Source of the DNA: Malacoraja senta
Lineage: Eukaryota
Length of the DNA stretch: 60,000 nt
Direction of reading: 5' to 3'
NCBI GenBank assembly: GCA_038087875.1
Contig: CM075992.1
Span: 7,256,001 to 7,316,000 of the forward strand
How positions within the stretch are numbered: the stretch's first letter is position 1; each line of letters starts with the position of its first letter. A model generated the notes under the pieces. The model had not been told where the DNA came from, made no database searches, and was given only the letters and a program-made list of their open reading frames with translations. The translations under genes and the position numbers were made by a program. Below are positions 14,263 to 26,900 of the stretch, piece after piece.

Positions 14263-14496
14263 AAGATTCAAGATTCAACATTTCCTTTATTGTCATTCAG
14301 ACCTTTCGGTCTCAATGAAATTGTGATGCCTGCAGTCATACACAGAACCAATAATAACAAAACATACAATAAACACAAATTAAAACACCCACCACAGTGA
14401 GTTCACCAAGCACATCCTCACTGTGATGGAGGCAAAGTCTTAGGCTCCGTCTCTTCCCTCCTTGTTCTCCCTCTGCGCTGAGGCGATCGATCCAGG
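14263..14496 (-). mobile_element. Short non-LTR insertion (LINE 3' end or SINE) with AATAAA and (TCTTGAA)n tail
   Basis: Interrupts the CR1 RT between ...CTCCTCATTC and ATCCCTCTTCC. The minus strand ends ACAATAAAGGAAATGTTGAATCTTGAATCTTGA. Confidence 0.6.
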
Positions 14497-16175
14497 ATCC
14501 CTCTTCCATATTATTAATATAGTTGGTAAACAGTTGCGGCCCCAACACCGAGCCTTGCGGCACTCCACTCGCCACTGCCTGCCATTCTGAAAAGGACCCG
14601 TTCACTCCTATTCTTTGCTTCCTGTCGGCTAACCAATTTTCTATCCTTGTCAACACCCTACCCCAATACCATGTGCTCTAATTTTAGTCACCAGTCTCCC
14701 GTGCGCGACCTTATCAAAGGTTTTCTGAAAGTCGAGATACACTACACCCAATTGTTCCCCTTCAACCATTTTACTTGTCACATCCTCAAATAATTCCAGA
14801 TTAGTCAAGCATGATTTTCCTTTCATAAATCCATGATTACTTCGACTAATCCTTTTACTGCTATCCAAATGCCCCATTATTACCTCTTTAATAATTTACT
14901 CCAGCATCTTTCCCACCACCGAAGTCAGGCTAACTGAATTGTAATTCCCAGTTTTCTCTCTCGCTCCTTTCTTGAAAAGTGGGATAACATTAGCTATCCT
15001 CCAATCCACAGGAACTGATCCTGAATCTATTGAACATTGGAAAATGATCACCAATGCGTCCACTATTTCTAGAGCCACCTCCCTGAGGACCCTGGGATGC
15101 GGACCATCAGGCACAGGGGATTTATCATCCTTCAGTCACATTAGCCTACCCAATACTATTTCTCGCCAAATGAAATTTCTTTCAGTTCCTCTACCCCCTT
15201 AGGTCCTCTGTCCTCCAATACACCTGGGAGATTGTTTGTGTCTTCCTTAGTGAAGACAGATCCGAATTACCTGTTCAACTCTTCTGCCATTTCCTTGTTA
15301 CCCATAATAATTTTACCCGTGTCTGCCTTCAAGGGACCCACATTTGTCTTTGCAACCCTTTTTCCCTTAACATATCTAAATAAACTTTTACTGTCCTTCT
15401 TTATATTCCTGGCCAGCTTCCCGTCACACTTCATCTTTTCAGCCTGTATTGCCCGTTTTGTTTCCTTCTGTTGTCCTACGAAAGTTTCCCAATCCTCTGG
15501 CTTCCGGCTACTCTTTGCTGTTTTATACATCTTTTCTTTCAGTTGTATTCTATCCCTAACTTGTCTTGTCAGCCACGGTTGCCTCCTACTCCCCTGAGAT
15601 TCTTTCTTCCTTTTTGGAATGAAATGATCCTGCATCTTCCGGATTATTCCCAGAAATTCCTGCCATTGCTGTTCCACCGTCATTCCTGCTAGGATCCCTT
15701 TCCAGTCTACCTTGGCCAGCTGCTGTCTCATGCCTTCATAATCCCCTTTGTTCAACTGCATCACCGACACTTCCGATTTAACCTTCTCCTTCTCAAATTG
15801 CAGATTAAAAGGAATCATATTATGATCACTACCTCCAAGAGGTTACTTTACCTCGAGTTCTCTTATCAAATCTGGTTCATTAGACAACACTAAATCCAGA
15901 ATTGCCATTTCTCTGGTCGGCTCCATTACAAGCTGCTCTACGAATCTATCTCGGAGGCACTCTACAAACTCTCTTTCTTGGGGTCCTGAACCAACCTGAA
16001 TTTCCCAGTCTACCTGCATATTGACATCCCCCATCACCACCGTGGCATTACCTTTGTTACATGCCAGTTTTAACTCCTGCTGCAACTTACACCCTACATC
16101 CGGGCTACTATTTGGGGGTCTGTAGATAACACCAATTAGTGTCTTCTTGCCTTTACAATTCCTCAACTCAATCCA

Positions 16176-17153
16176 TTGCTACGCAGACGATACACAACTC
16201 TATCTCCCACTGAAGCCCCAAAACCAATCAAATCTGTTTAACCTTACCCACTGCCTGGAGGATATAAAGTGTTGGATGGCCCAGAACTTCCTCCAACTAA
16301 GCGAGAGTAAGTCTGAGGTCATCCTTCTCGGCCCCTCGGACTCAATCAAAATGATAGCAGGCAGCCTTGGAAGCCTTACCCCACTACTCCAACCTCACGT
16401 CAAAAACCTTGGCGTGATATTTGACTCAGCACTGAAATTTGACAAACAAGTCAATGCCGTGGTAAAAGTTAGCTTCTTTCAGCTTCGGACGATAGCTAAA
16501 ATAAAACAATTCCTCCAGTTTGATGACCTGGAAAAGATCATCCACACATTCATCTCCTCCCGCCTAGATTACTGCAACCCCCTTTACACTGGCATCAGCC
16601 AATGTTCCCTGTCCCGCCTGCAACTGGTCCAAAACGCCGCAGCGAGACTCCTGACGGGCACACGAAAAAGGGACCACATCACCCCGATCCTGGCCTCTCT
16701 CCACTGGCTCCCTGTGCGGTTCCGTATAAACTTCAAGATCCACCTCCATGTCTACAAAGCCCTCAATGGGCTTGCCCCCACCTACATAAAAAGTCTTCTC
16801 ACCCACCACTCCACCCCCAGGCCCCTCAGATCGGCCTACTTGGGTTGCTGAATATCCCGCGGTCTAGGCATAAGCTCTGGGGCGACCGTGCCTTTGGGGT
16901 TGCAGCCCCTAGACTGTGGAACAGCAACCCCTTTCCCATCAGAACTGCCCCCTCCATCGACTCTTTTAAGTCAAGACTAAAGACTTATCTATACACCCAA
17001 GCCTTTCCTGACGTCCTCTGAGTGAGGACTACATGTATATATGTATGTAGTCTGTTTTGTTGTGCTATTCTTATAAAAAATGTAAAGCACTTTGGCCAAG
17101 GAGAGTTGTTTTTTAAATGTGCTATATAAATAAATGTGACTTGACTTGACTTG
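16176..17153 (+). mobile_element. 5'-truncated L2-clade LINE inserted into the CR1
   Basis: YADDTQLY, WMAQNFLQL, SRLDYCN, LQLVQNAAARLL, HITPILASLHWLPV; (GACTT)n tail; TSD AATCCA at 16170-16175 and 17154-17159. Confidence 0.92.
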
Positions 17154-18454
17154 AATCCACAGTGACTCTACCTCGTCAGTCCCTATGTCTTCCCTCGCAA
17201 GGTACTGAATTCCATCCCTCACCAGCAGAGTTACCCCCCCCACCCCCCTCCTCTGCCTACCTGCCTGTCCTTTCTATAGGATGTATAACCCTGAATATTA
17301 AGTTCCCAGGCCCGATCCTCCTGCAGCTACGTCTCAGTAATCCCCACAATGTCATATCTACCAGCTCATCTACTTTACTTCTTATACTTCGCGCATACAT
17401 ATGCCATACTTTTAATTCCTTATGCATCTCACCTTTCACATCGATCCATATTAAACTTGGCCATACTCTCCTATCCCTTCGTGAGCTTTCTTTCCCGTTA
17501 ATTCTGGGGTCATTAACCATCCCTTTACTCTCTTTCCCTTTAACTCCGTCCTCGACTATCCCATTTGACAACCCCCCACCCCCCTTATTTAGTTTCAAAT
17601 TTGGAGTTAATATCTTTCGAATTTAAAGGTTTAATGTAACTATGTAACATAACTAACATTAGGGGTCGGGTTAACATTTGAGTCTGTATTCTTTAATGAA
17701 TCATTCCTTACACAAGTATATTAATAATAAACTTTTAAAATACATTGGGCTTCATACAAATGAGCTTGGGACCAAAGTGTCAATTTTGGACCACATGTTT
17801 GCCATCGGGCTAAATGTTTGTTTTAAATGATCAACCACACCTTGGGGAATGCCTTGTGCCTATCAGTCCCTCAACTCCCTCCAGTTGGCCAATTAAGGGA
17901 CTATTTGGGGAGTCTGGTAGGACCATGGCAATGGATTATTATTCTGGCGTGGGTGATTTTGTATTTCCTAGGCTGTGATTGATCATCTAAACCTGGTTTT
18001 AGCTGGTACCTTTAATATCTAGGCTAGCTTAGATGGGCCCAAGGGCCCATTTAGGGGGGTCTGGTAGACCTAAGGCAGCGGATAATTGTTCTGTCATAGC
18101 TCATTTTATATCCCCCAAGGTGTGATAGGTCATTTAAACTAGGTTGTAGCTGGTACCCACAATATCTAGGCTAGACTAGTTGGGCAGCAGGTGTCCATTT
18201 TGGGGGTGTCTGGTACCTGTATTGCAGCGGACTATTTGTCTGGCGAAACCCATTTTGTACTCTATGAACTGAACTTGTTCATTTGGCATTATTTTTGAGA
18301 GGTACCTTGCTCGTCTATATGCTTGCCCCATTTTAGGCCTTTTGTAGGGAGTCTGGCGGGCCTTACAGAACAATGTCTGCGTTTTGTGTTATTGATATAG
18401 GCGTGACATTCAGCACACCATGGTAGTGGATTTAAGTGATACCTCACATCACAT

Positions 18455-18595
18455 CCCGTTAGCGCCAAGAGTCGCTAAGTTGCGTCCACGAGTTCCGAAG
18501 TTCCCGCTACGTTAATTGTACGTGATTACCACGAGTTAAATTTGTTTTAAACTCGGGGTCACTCCTGGGTCAACTCGCACAGTGAGACAGCCCTT
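18455..18595. mobile_element. Probable end of a PIF/Harbinger-type MITE
   Basis: Ends CACAGTGAGACAGCCCTTTA, resembling GGGCTGTCCCACTG-type TIRs with a TWA target. The other end was not found. Confidence 0.4.
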
Positions 18596-18720
18596 TAAGA
18601 CGTAAATAACATGCCCCGAGTCGCAGACCGTAATTTTGGCAAGAATCTCTCTCTCATCACTACGAGCCTTCGGTTCGTACCACTCCAGTTTTGAAAAACA
18701 TTCAAAATTAGAAGCAGCTG

Positions 18721-18795
18721 CACTTCCTGAATTAAGCAGAAGTAATTTGGAATTGTGAATTTCATCACGTCATTTGACCATTGGTATTGCGTAAC
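18721..18795 (+). promoter_or_regulatory. Putative myeloid promoter of gene B: ETS/PU.1 site and C/EBP site
   Basis: CACTTCCTG at 18721-18729 (= CAGGAAGTG on the other strand) and ATTGCGTAAC at 18786-18795, 80-150 bp upstream of the ATG. Both are identical in the paralogue. Confidence 0.55.
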
Positions 18796-18874
18796 CTTGT
18801 GGGAGGCGCAGATGATTTTACTCTCATTCGGCCGCGCATGTTCTTCAAAGACTAGAAGGTCTTCAAGCTGAAAC

Positions 18875-18956
18875 ATGGAGCAGATGGACTGTTGTGCAAA
18901 CACTGATGAAGTTCGCCCCAATGAAAAGAATAGCCGGCGGAGAAATCTGAAGACAG
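18875..18956 (+). CDS. C-type lectin gene B exon 1 (cytoplasmic tail)
   Basis: ATG in AACATGG context; MEQMDCCANTDEVRPNEKNSRRRNLKT; phase-1 donor ACAG|GTGGGC; conserved in the paralogue. Confidence 0.8.
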
Positions 18957-19327
18957 GTGGGCTCCTTGGTGTTTTGAATTTATTCTGTTCCAGCGGTTGA
19001 GGTGGCATTCAGTTTCGAAGAAAGGAGAGACGGGGGTTGATTATCCTCTACTTTGATCTTGCATAAGCGGGTGCCCTTATAGGTCCATTGGGATCCAATG
19101 TCAAGAATGCGCAACACCTCTATTCCCTGTCGAGTTTAGATATCTATCCTGCTGTGGGTTCCGATATTGAGGAATCGGGTGTTGGACAGTTTACAGATTC
19201 CAGTACTGACAAAACACGGCTCCTTTGCCCCAATCCTCCGTAGTAAACAAGGAAATACATTCCGATTTTTTTTCTACTGACGTTTCCCTCACCTACTTTA
19301 TGAGATGTCCTTCATTGCATTTTGCAG

Positions 19328-19447
19328 ACCGTAGCATGAAAGCGGAGGACCGTAGCAGACACAAACTCTCCGCCCCGATCGTCTACTCTCTGCTGGGACT
19401 CAGCATCCTGTTATCGGCTGCGGCTCTCTGCGTTGCAGTTATTTTGT
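19328..19447 (+). CDS. C-type lectin gene B exon 2 (type II transmembrane anchor)
   Basis: TTTTGCAG acceptor, 120 nt, phase 1-1; DRSMKAEDRSRHKLSAPIVYSLLGLSILLSAAALCVAVIL; GTAAGT donor. Confidence 0.88.
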
Positions 19448-19988
19448 GTAAGTTGTGAAATAATAAATCTCCAAAATGTGAAACATGTCTTATTGTATAA
19501 AATAGCAAAACTAACAAATGTGCCGATAATTATTTGATTGGTAATTGTTGGATCAACCTTCGTGGTTCTGATATTGATTGAGGGGCAGGGGGCGGGAGCG
19601 TATGCAGTGAGCTGAACCAATTCAGGGGAATATGAGAATTAAGCTCATTGTGTCTGTCGGAGGCTTTTCCACCCGAAAATGCTGTTAATTCCGTATTTTC
19701 CATGCCTTTTTGCGGGTGGAACCGTGATAAACACACAACTCCAAAGCGGATTAAAAAGCCCGCAGCAAGGTCCATTTTGAATTGAGTTGAGAGAAGTGCA
19801 AAATTCTAAAGTGGGTCATCACTTTCATGGACTGATCCCCCCAACCTCTCCCCCCGTTGATTCGTGTTTCTTGTGATACGCACCTAGTTTGTAAGAAGCC
19901 GGATGATAACGTTTCTAAGCAAGGAGAAAATGGAACTTGCCCGAGTATAACAAAAGTCATATTTCGAAAATTTCAAATGTCTGCACGT

Positions 19989-19998
19989 ATTGCGCAAT
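19989..19998. promoter_or_regulatory. Perfect C/EBP palindrome in intron 2
   Basis: ATTGCGCAAT, also present at 58834-58843 in the paralogue. Confidence 0.4.
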
Positions 19999-20320
19999 GT
20001 TCTTTAGTAACCTCACCGAGTCAAAATAATACTTGGCGCGCTTCGTGCTCCTCGGGTCACACTGGGCGTTATTTCTGCCTTCTGAAACTACCCGGTTTCA
20101 AAACTCCACAAGGAACTGATTCTCAAAGTAGACGCAGTTTCACTGCCTAACTTCAATATCAGCATGCACAAACCCCACTCCCCAATTCTCGCACTATGTG
20201 TCCCCACTAACGGAAAACCAGTGTGTCGGAAGGAACTGCAGATGCTGGTTTAAACCGAAGATAGACACAAAAAGCTGGAGGAACTCAGCGGGACAGACTG
20301 CATCTCTGGAGAAAAGGAAT

Positions 20321-20357
20321 GGGTGACGTTTCGGGTCGAGACCCTTCTTCAGACTAG
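20321..20357 (-). ncRNA. Minimal hammerhead ribozyme motif in a Penelope-derived fragment (~20222-20410)
   Basis: Minus strand reads GT-CTGAAGA-A-GGGTCTCGACCC-GAAACGTC-ACCC: CUGANGA core, 4-5 bp stem II, GAAA, palindromic ACGT and a GUC triplet. Confidence 0.7.
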
Positions 20358-22201
20358 TTAGGGAAAAGGGAAACGAGAGATATAGATGAGGATGTAGATA
20401 GATGGAGAACAGTGAATCTCGGGATGTCAGCAGACTTGGTTAAACATCCCACTGATAAAACAATCCCCAACATAGATATTTTTGTAGTTGCCACTTCCTT
20501 CCAATCCGGTTATCCTACCTTCTCCCACCTAACCAGTCTTTGAGAGGGGCACAGTGCCATAGGTTTTCATTTTCATCAACAGCCTTCCGAATGTCAGACC
20601 CTGGTATTCTGATGGGATTTCCCCATTGGAAAAGGAATGGTGAGTGTGAAATTCAATCTGACACAGGTCCGTTTCTCAAATGCAGGGAGATCTCTTGTTG
20701 GCCTCTGTTCATATCCAGACTCCAGTCCTGTCTCCGCCTGGAGCTAATTTCTCGGCTGGTGGATTGGAATCCATCTAGTGGAATTTGCAACAAAGAGTGC
20801 ATCAGTGTAGGTCAAACTCGCAGCAATATATATCCTGTAACCACTTCACTGGTTAGATTGTGTCTGGGGTGACATTGGACGGAAAGTCTTCAAAGAAAAA
20901 CGGATCTTGGGACAGAATGTTTAGAGTGTGGCTGAATAGTTTGAGTCGATTGGGGGTGGAAGAGCGGTGCTAGAGGTGACGTGTTCGTTTCTATGCCACA
21001 GGAATTACGTCGAGGCTTGTAGCAGAGGCGAGTGGTCCTGAGATAATACACGTTTCTGACTTGGGATTCTAAAGTCAGGGACGAGTGTGAGGTGTGTAGG
21101 GTGGGGTAAAGTTGGAGAAGAGCGACGAATGGAAGTGGGAGAGGGGGTAGAAGAATGTGGGAGTGGGAGATGGTGGTGAGTGAGTGCGAGGGTGGATACA
21201 GGCAAGATGGACCAGGAGTCATTGTACCGGGGGTAAAGTGAAATCCCTTTGTTGCGTGCTAACCAGTCAGCAGAAGGATAATACATGATTACAATCGAGC
21301 CATGATTACAATCGGATCAAAGATTGTCCGATGGTCACCAATGACGTAGATAGTAGGTTAGGGCTTGTCTCTAGTTGTGGTCGGATGATCCAGTTGCTTC
21401 TGTATCTGGGATGGGGTGTGTTGGTGGGGGGGGGGGTTGGTTTTTAAACTTGCCCAGCTACTCATCCTTTCTTACCAACGATACCAGTTGCCCTGGAAGG
21501 GAAGATTACATGGAAGGGTGATATGAACACGATAGAACTCCTGTGAAATGAAATTGGTTGCAGCTGCTTCGGGCTGGGTCACCAGTACAGTGAGAGTGAA
21601 AGGCAACCGTTTGGGTGCCCAATGTGAGGGGAGTTTAAAGAGTGAGGTTCAGCCTATTTGCTCAGTGGCCTCTTATTCAATAGCAACATACCAGGTCCTT
21701 TGACCGACATGCCCAATATTCACTACACTGCGCAGTCAGATCGCAATCTAAGCTGCGTCCATTACAGAGATTCATTGACAGGGAGGGTGAGATAGATGGT
21801 GGGAATTAACTCGGCAGGTAAGAAAGATGGTGAGCAAAAACTCAAGTCTTACAATGGCAATGTAAAAATGTCCGGGATACCATGGAGAAAAGCTTGGAAT
21901 AAAAGCACAAAGCCGGCTGAGCGCACGTCAGATCAATTTATGGTCAATCCAATTAGTCCAATCCAGTATGCCCGTGGCTAACCCGGACTTTCTCCAACTG
22001 CAACTAGTGGTTCTTGGGGCCCTGCTATATTCTTGCAGGATGATGTGAATCATCGCAAAACGATTCAAATTTCCCAGATTCTCAAACCTATAGAAACCGT
22101 AGATTTCAGGTGAATTATGGAAGGGACTGGAATGCCGCCGTCGGAACAGGTTTAATCGAGAAACAGGCTCCGAACGATCTAAACTATTATCCCTTTTTCA
22201 G

Positions 22202-22267
22202 TTATAGGGAACATTGAGAAGGCAATTGCCCAACTCTACAAGGTCCAGACTGAGATTCCACGGCACG
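22202..22267 (+). CDS. C-type lectin gene B neck exon
   Basis: CCCTTTTTCAG acceptor, 66 nt, phase 1-1; (F)IGNIEKAIAQLYKVQTEIPRH(G); GTAAGT donor. Confidence 0.72.
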
Positions 22268-22769
22268 GTAAGTATGATGATCTTTGAAATGAGAAGAGGA
22301 TTCACAAATCAGAGATGCAAGGGGACTTGGAAGTGCTTGTGCAGGATTCCCAAAAGATTAATTTGCATGTTAAGTCGGTGCAAAGGAAGGCAAATGCAAT
22401 ATTGGCATTAATTTCGAGGGGTCTAGAACATAAAAGGATGTAATCCTGAGGCTTTAAGAGACGAAGGTCAGGTCATATTTGGAATATTGTGAGGAGTTTT
22501 GACCTCTGTACCTGAGGAAGGGTATATTGGCATTGGAGAGAGTCCAGAGGCTCTGGATTTTAGGATAAGCGAGATCGCATTGAAAAGCCAAGATAGAGTG
22601 GATGAAGAAAGCATAGTGACTTTCATCATTCTAATCAGATCTTTCCGCAGTCTTCGCCTTCTCCCTATAATAGCAATGATTGAGGTTATTCGTTGCTACC
22701 CGATGGTCTGGGCTGACACCTTTGTTCTGGAATCAACCTCGCCCATGTTTCCCACACGTTCCGCAATGT

Positions 22770-22995
22770 TTAGTTTAGTTTTGAGATATAGCGCGGGAAC
22801 AGGCCCTTCGGCCCACCAACTGAGCACCGACCAGCACACTAACAATATCCCACACACACCAGGGACCAAGCCAATTTACTCAAAACCTGTACGTCTTTGG
22901 AATGTGGGAGGAAACAGAAGATCTCGGTGAAGACCCACGCGGGTCACAGAGAGAACGTACAGACAGCACCTCTACCGCTGCGCCACCGTGCCGCG
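22770..22995 (-). mobile_element. Internally deleted HE1-like SINE
   Basis: Reverse complement of the SINE head (CTACCGCTGCGCCACCGTGCCG), V-domain and tail. Confidence 0.7.
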
Positions 22996-23168
22996 CTGCT
23001 TTCTATTATGTAAAACGTTTATCTAAACTGGCCCCGCATGATTGTCTCGATAATTGAAACTGGAAGAGTGGTGAAGGTTTTTTACCCTCGTTTCGATCAT
23101 CCAGATATGGCCGGAAATATTCCCGTCTGAAGCGGACTCCTCTAACATTTACCTCAATATCTTCACAG

Positions 23169-23314
23169 GTGTGCATTCTTGTCCCGAGGAATGGACCAAG
23201 TTCAACCAAAGCTGTTATGACTTTTCCTCAAGCTTGGCCATCTGGGTGTTGGCCCAAAGATCCTGTGCATTAGACGACGCCCACTTAGTTGTCATTAATA
23301 ATGCTGAAGAACAG
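23169..23314 (+). CDS. C-type lectin gene B, CTLD exon 1
   Basis: GVHSCPEEWTKFNQSCYDFSSSLAIWVLAQRSCALDDAHLVVINNAEEQ; long-form CTLD cysteines; CTTCACAG acceptor, GTAGGA donor, phase 1-0. Confidence 0.95.
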
Positions 23315-23940
23315 GTAGGAGTTTTTCTGTGATAACACCTGCAGGCCACGACCCCTGTTAAGTGATACTTTCGATCCACTACGATGCGTGTTGCTATTCC
23401 TATTAGAAATTAAAGTAATGTTTGACCCGGACAGTTTGCGTTCACACGCGGGATAGTCTGAGCGCAATCACACACCACTTGTATTTTCGTGGAAATATCA
23501 CCTGTTTCTTTGTATCGCATGAAATAGCGGTAGATATCTGGATCTGGATCTGGATCTGGGTGTAATACGCTGAAAAGCTCTAGGTGGAGCATCACTCAGC
23601 TCTATGATGGTGATGGACGTGCTAGTCGAGATGGAGATGCTTTTGGAGATGCATCTTTGTATGTGTTGATGTTTTAGAGATCTCTGATGCTGGCTGGTGG
23701 GGTATTCCAATCCCTTGCTGTCTTGAAGAAAAACGAGTTAGAAAGTGCTAATGAAGTGCCGTGCGGAATGAAATAATTTCCAGGTTGGTAGCTTCTGGTT
23801 GACATGCCTATGGGTGCTTGGATTAACTGGATGTGTTCCTCCATCTTTAAATCAATGGTGGTATTCTTGATCTTGTGGAATGTTGTCAGTCTGATGAACT
23901 TGCCACGAGTACTAGGTGGATGAAGTTTAAGGTCCTTTAT

Positions 23941-26900
23941 TCAATTCAATTCAATTAAATTCCTTTATTGTCATCTTGCAAGCAACAGTTGTGCAATGCA
24001 AAACGAAAAGACGTTTCCCAGGGAATACCGGAGCATCGCACATGACGTTTAAAACATTTCACACATAATAATAACAACACTAAAACAATCCAGTCCCTGG
24101 TGGAACAGTATAAGTTAAAATAGATACAAACAACGTTGAAGTACAGTGAGACCAATCATAAACATGTCCGGGGTGGCTGATTTGAGTGGCCAGTGCCAGT
24201 TATTGAAGTGGCCAGTGCCAGTTATTATAGTGTCCGTGCCAAGCCGCAGAATCAGGTGACTGTGAGTACAGAGTGGCTGTTTAGCAGCCTCACAGCATAT
24301 GGCAGGAAGCTGTTTAGCAGTCTTGTAGTCCGGGCTTTGATGCTGTGATATCTCTTGCCTGATGGCAGGAGATCCAGGTGTATGTGGAGGGGGTGCATTT
24401 TGTCCTTGGCAATTTTTTGAGCTTTTTTCCGACAGCGGCTCAGGAACAGTTCTTGTACCGAGGGTAGGGAGACGCCAATGATCTTCTCTGCTCCCCTCAC
24501 TACCCTCTGCAGAGCCTTCCTGTCCGAGCAGTTGCAGGTGGAGTACCACGTATTTAAACAGTACGTGAGCACAGACTCCACCGTACCCCTGTAGAAAGTC
24601 CTGAGGATGTTGGTGGGGAGTGAGGCCTGTTTTAGTTTCCTCAGGAAGTGCAGTCGCTGATGGGCCCTTTTGACGGTCCCAGTGGTGTTTCTGGACCAGG
24701 TGAGGCTGTCCGTAATTTGCACCCCGAGGAACTTTCTGCTCTCCACTCTCTCCACTGTGGCGCCACTGATGTTAAGGGGTGCATGCTTTGGCTGCGCCCT
24801 CCTGAAGTCGACAACCATCTCCTTTGTTTTTTCCACATTTAGTTCTAGATTATTTTTGCCGCACCAGTCCACTAGTTGTTTTACCTCCTCCCTGTACATT
24901 GATTCATGATCTCCGCTGATGAGTCCCACCACTGTTGTGTCGTCTGCGAATTTTATGATCTTATTGTCCCTGAATCTGGCCGCACAGTCATGTGGGAGCA
25001 ATGTGAACAACAGCGGGCTGAGCACACCGCCTTGAGGTGAGCCGGTGCTCAGCGTGATCGAGCCTGAACTGTTCTTGCCCACACGGACTGACTGCGGTCT
25101 CTCTGTCAGAAAGTCCAAGATCCAGTGACACAGGGTGGTGTTGAGGCCCAGCAGGGTTAGTTTCTCCATAAGTCTCTGTGGGATGATGGTGTTGAACGCA
25201 GAGCTGAAGTCAATGTACAGGATTCTGGCGTATGTGTTACTTTTTCCCAGATGCATGAGCACTGTGTGCAGCGTGGTAGAGATGGCATCCTCTGTAGAAC
25301 GGTTGGGGCGATAGGCAAACTGGAGGGGGTCTAACGATGAGGGGACGCTGGCAGTAATGTGGGGTTTCACCAGGCGTTCAAAACACTTCATTATTATAGT
25401 AGGTATGTTACAAAACTTACCTTCAGTCGCGCTGTAATTCTGCCACTGGCCGTGTGCGCGATTTTGGCGCCTTTAAGGGGGGGCGGGGTTAAAACGCGGT
25501 TTCTCCTCCCTTGTCCTGGAAATATTTTGTTGGAGTACAAACCTTGGCTGACAAAATCGTTCCTACCGGCGTTTTGTGAATTTTTTATTTTTATTAAATC
25601 GTCAATGTCAGCGCTACAGTCATTTTAAAAGCAGCTCCTAAGCGTCAACGCCGATAACGGGGACGGATTTCACACAATGGACAGGTAAACGAAAGTGCTT
25701 TCTTTAAATGTATAAAAGTGCTTCTTAAGAAGCCTTTAATTCACATTTTGTCATGCGACACGGTGATTTTATTCCCCGAATTAACGGCAGTATTTTTCAT
25801 GCCAATACGGGGTTAAATTCACCGCAAATCAATGTTCCAAATGATCGCGTTCCAGCAAATCCTCACTCGCAAGATGAATTAAATCCCCATTAATTTACAG
25901 GTATTAAACATTCAATTCCTTCCATTTGGCCTGTAAATTCATGAAAATTAGATTTAAAAATTATGTTATATTGTGAATTCTTGTGTGAATGTTATTTGGA
26001 CACTTAGGCTATTTAAAAATGTTAATCTATTCTTAAGAAATTTATAGATGTTTAGATCTAGTAATTGAATTTTGTAATTAGCTACAATTAGGTAACTAAC
26101 TAATTATATGCTTTACTTTCATGTCTTCGAAGTAAGATTGGTTCATATTTGTTTCAGAATGCTTTAATCTATAATACCTGAAAATTTCTTTCAGTTACCA
26201 TAATTTTTAAGAAAGTTATGGGCTTTTAACTGTCCTCGATCACAGCTTTTGTGTTAAGTCAATGGAAAAGCAATAGGGAACTAGATGCTAATTTCTGAGT
26301 ATGATAATGGCCATAACTTGTTTAATACTGAAGATATGAAAGTGAATTAAGTGTCAAATTAAACTTCTTTTTATGCTTTATCTGATGGGATAAATTGCAG
26401 ACTTTATTTTTAAAATCTCAAAATTTTGTAACATTGCTAATTATAGGGGTCAGGGCGACAGGGCGGTAATCATTTAGGCAGGCCACAACTGGTTTCTTCG
26501 CTATTGGGATAATTGTACTCGTTTTGAGGCATGTGGGGACAATAGCTTGACTGAGGGAGATGTTATAGATGTCCACATATGCTAACTCCTCAGCACATTC
26601 CTTAAGCACACGTCCTGGGATGTTATCGGGTCCGACTGCTTTCCACGGGTTGACCTTAGACAGGATTCTCCGTGTGTCCATCGGGTCTATGGTCAGTACT
26701 GGCTGGTCTGTTTGTATGCGGGGACTGGCTCTCCCCTTGGGTGTGGTGTTTGCTGCATCAAAACGAGCGAAGAAGTTGTTTAGTTCATCAGGGAGAGAAG
26801 AATCCGTGTCAGTTACCTGCTGCCTTGCCTTGTATCCCGTCAGTGTTTGGATTCCCTTCCACATCCTCCTGGTGTCTCCGGTGTCACAGAGGTGTCCCTG

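Larger units (their letters stand above)
13740..17595 (-). mobile_element. Degenerate CR1 LINE (APE endonuclease + RT), interrupted by two insertions
   Basis: ORF fragments: YARSIRSKVDEL, GVIYRPPN, PDGPHPRVLRE, NHGFMKGKSCLTNL, SGVPQGSVLGPQLF; many stops and frameshifts. Confidence 0.92.
12891..18440 (-). mobile_element. Long-TIR DNA element, copy 1 (inverted; both tips eroded, middle deleted; carries a CR1)
   Basis: 12891-13737 matches the reverse complement of ~49885-50733. 17597-18440 matches the reverse complement of ~32430-33222 joined to 37046-37135. Confidence 0.8.
18616..21165 (+). repeat. Segmental duplication: 5' part of lectin gene B, paralogous to 57466-60000
   Basis: Colinear similarity through promoter, exons 1-2 and intron 2, including a shared Penelope-derived fragment. 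Confidence 0.95.

Noticed and set aside
19378..19395. IVYSLL as an ITIM in genes B and C
   Set aside because: Fits the consensus but forms the start of the hydrophobic TM helix, so it is unlikely to be accessible.
21736..22110. Additional neck exons (~21736-21787 and ~22039-22109)
   Set aside because: The first is open in phase 1-1 but has a weak acceptor; the second has the wrong phase and an immediate stop. Not supportable without RNA data.
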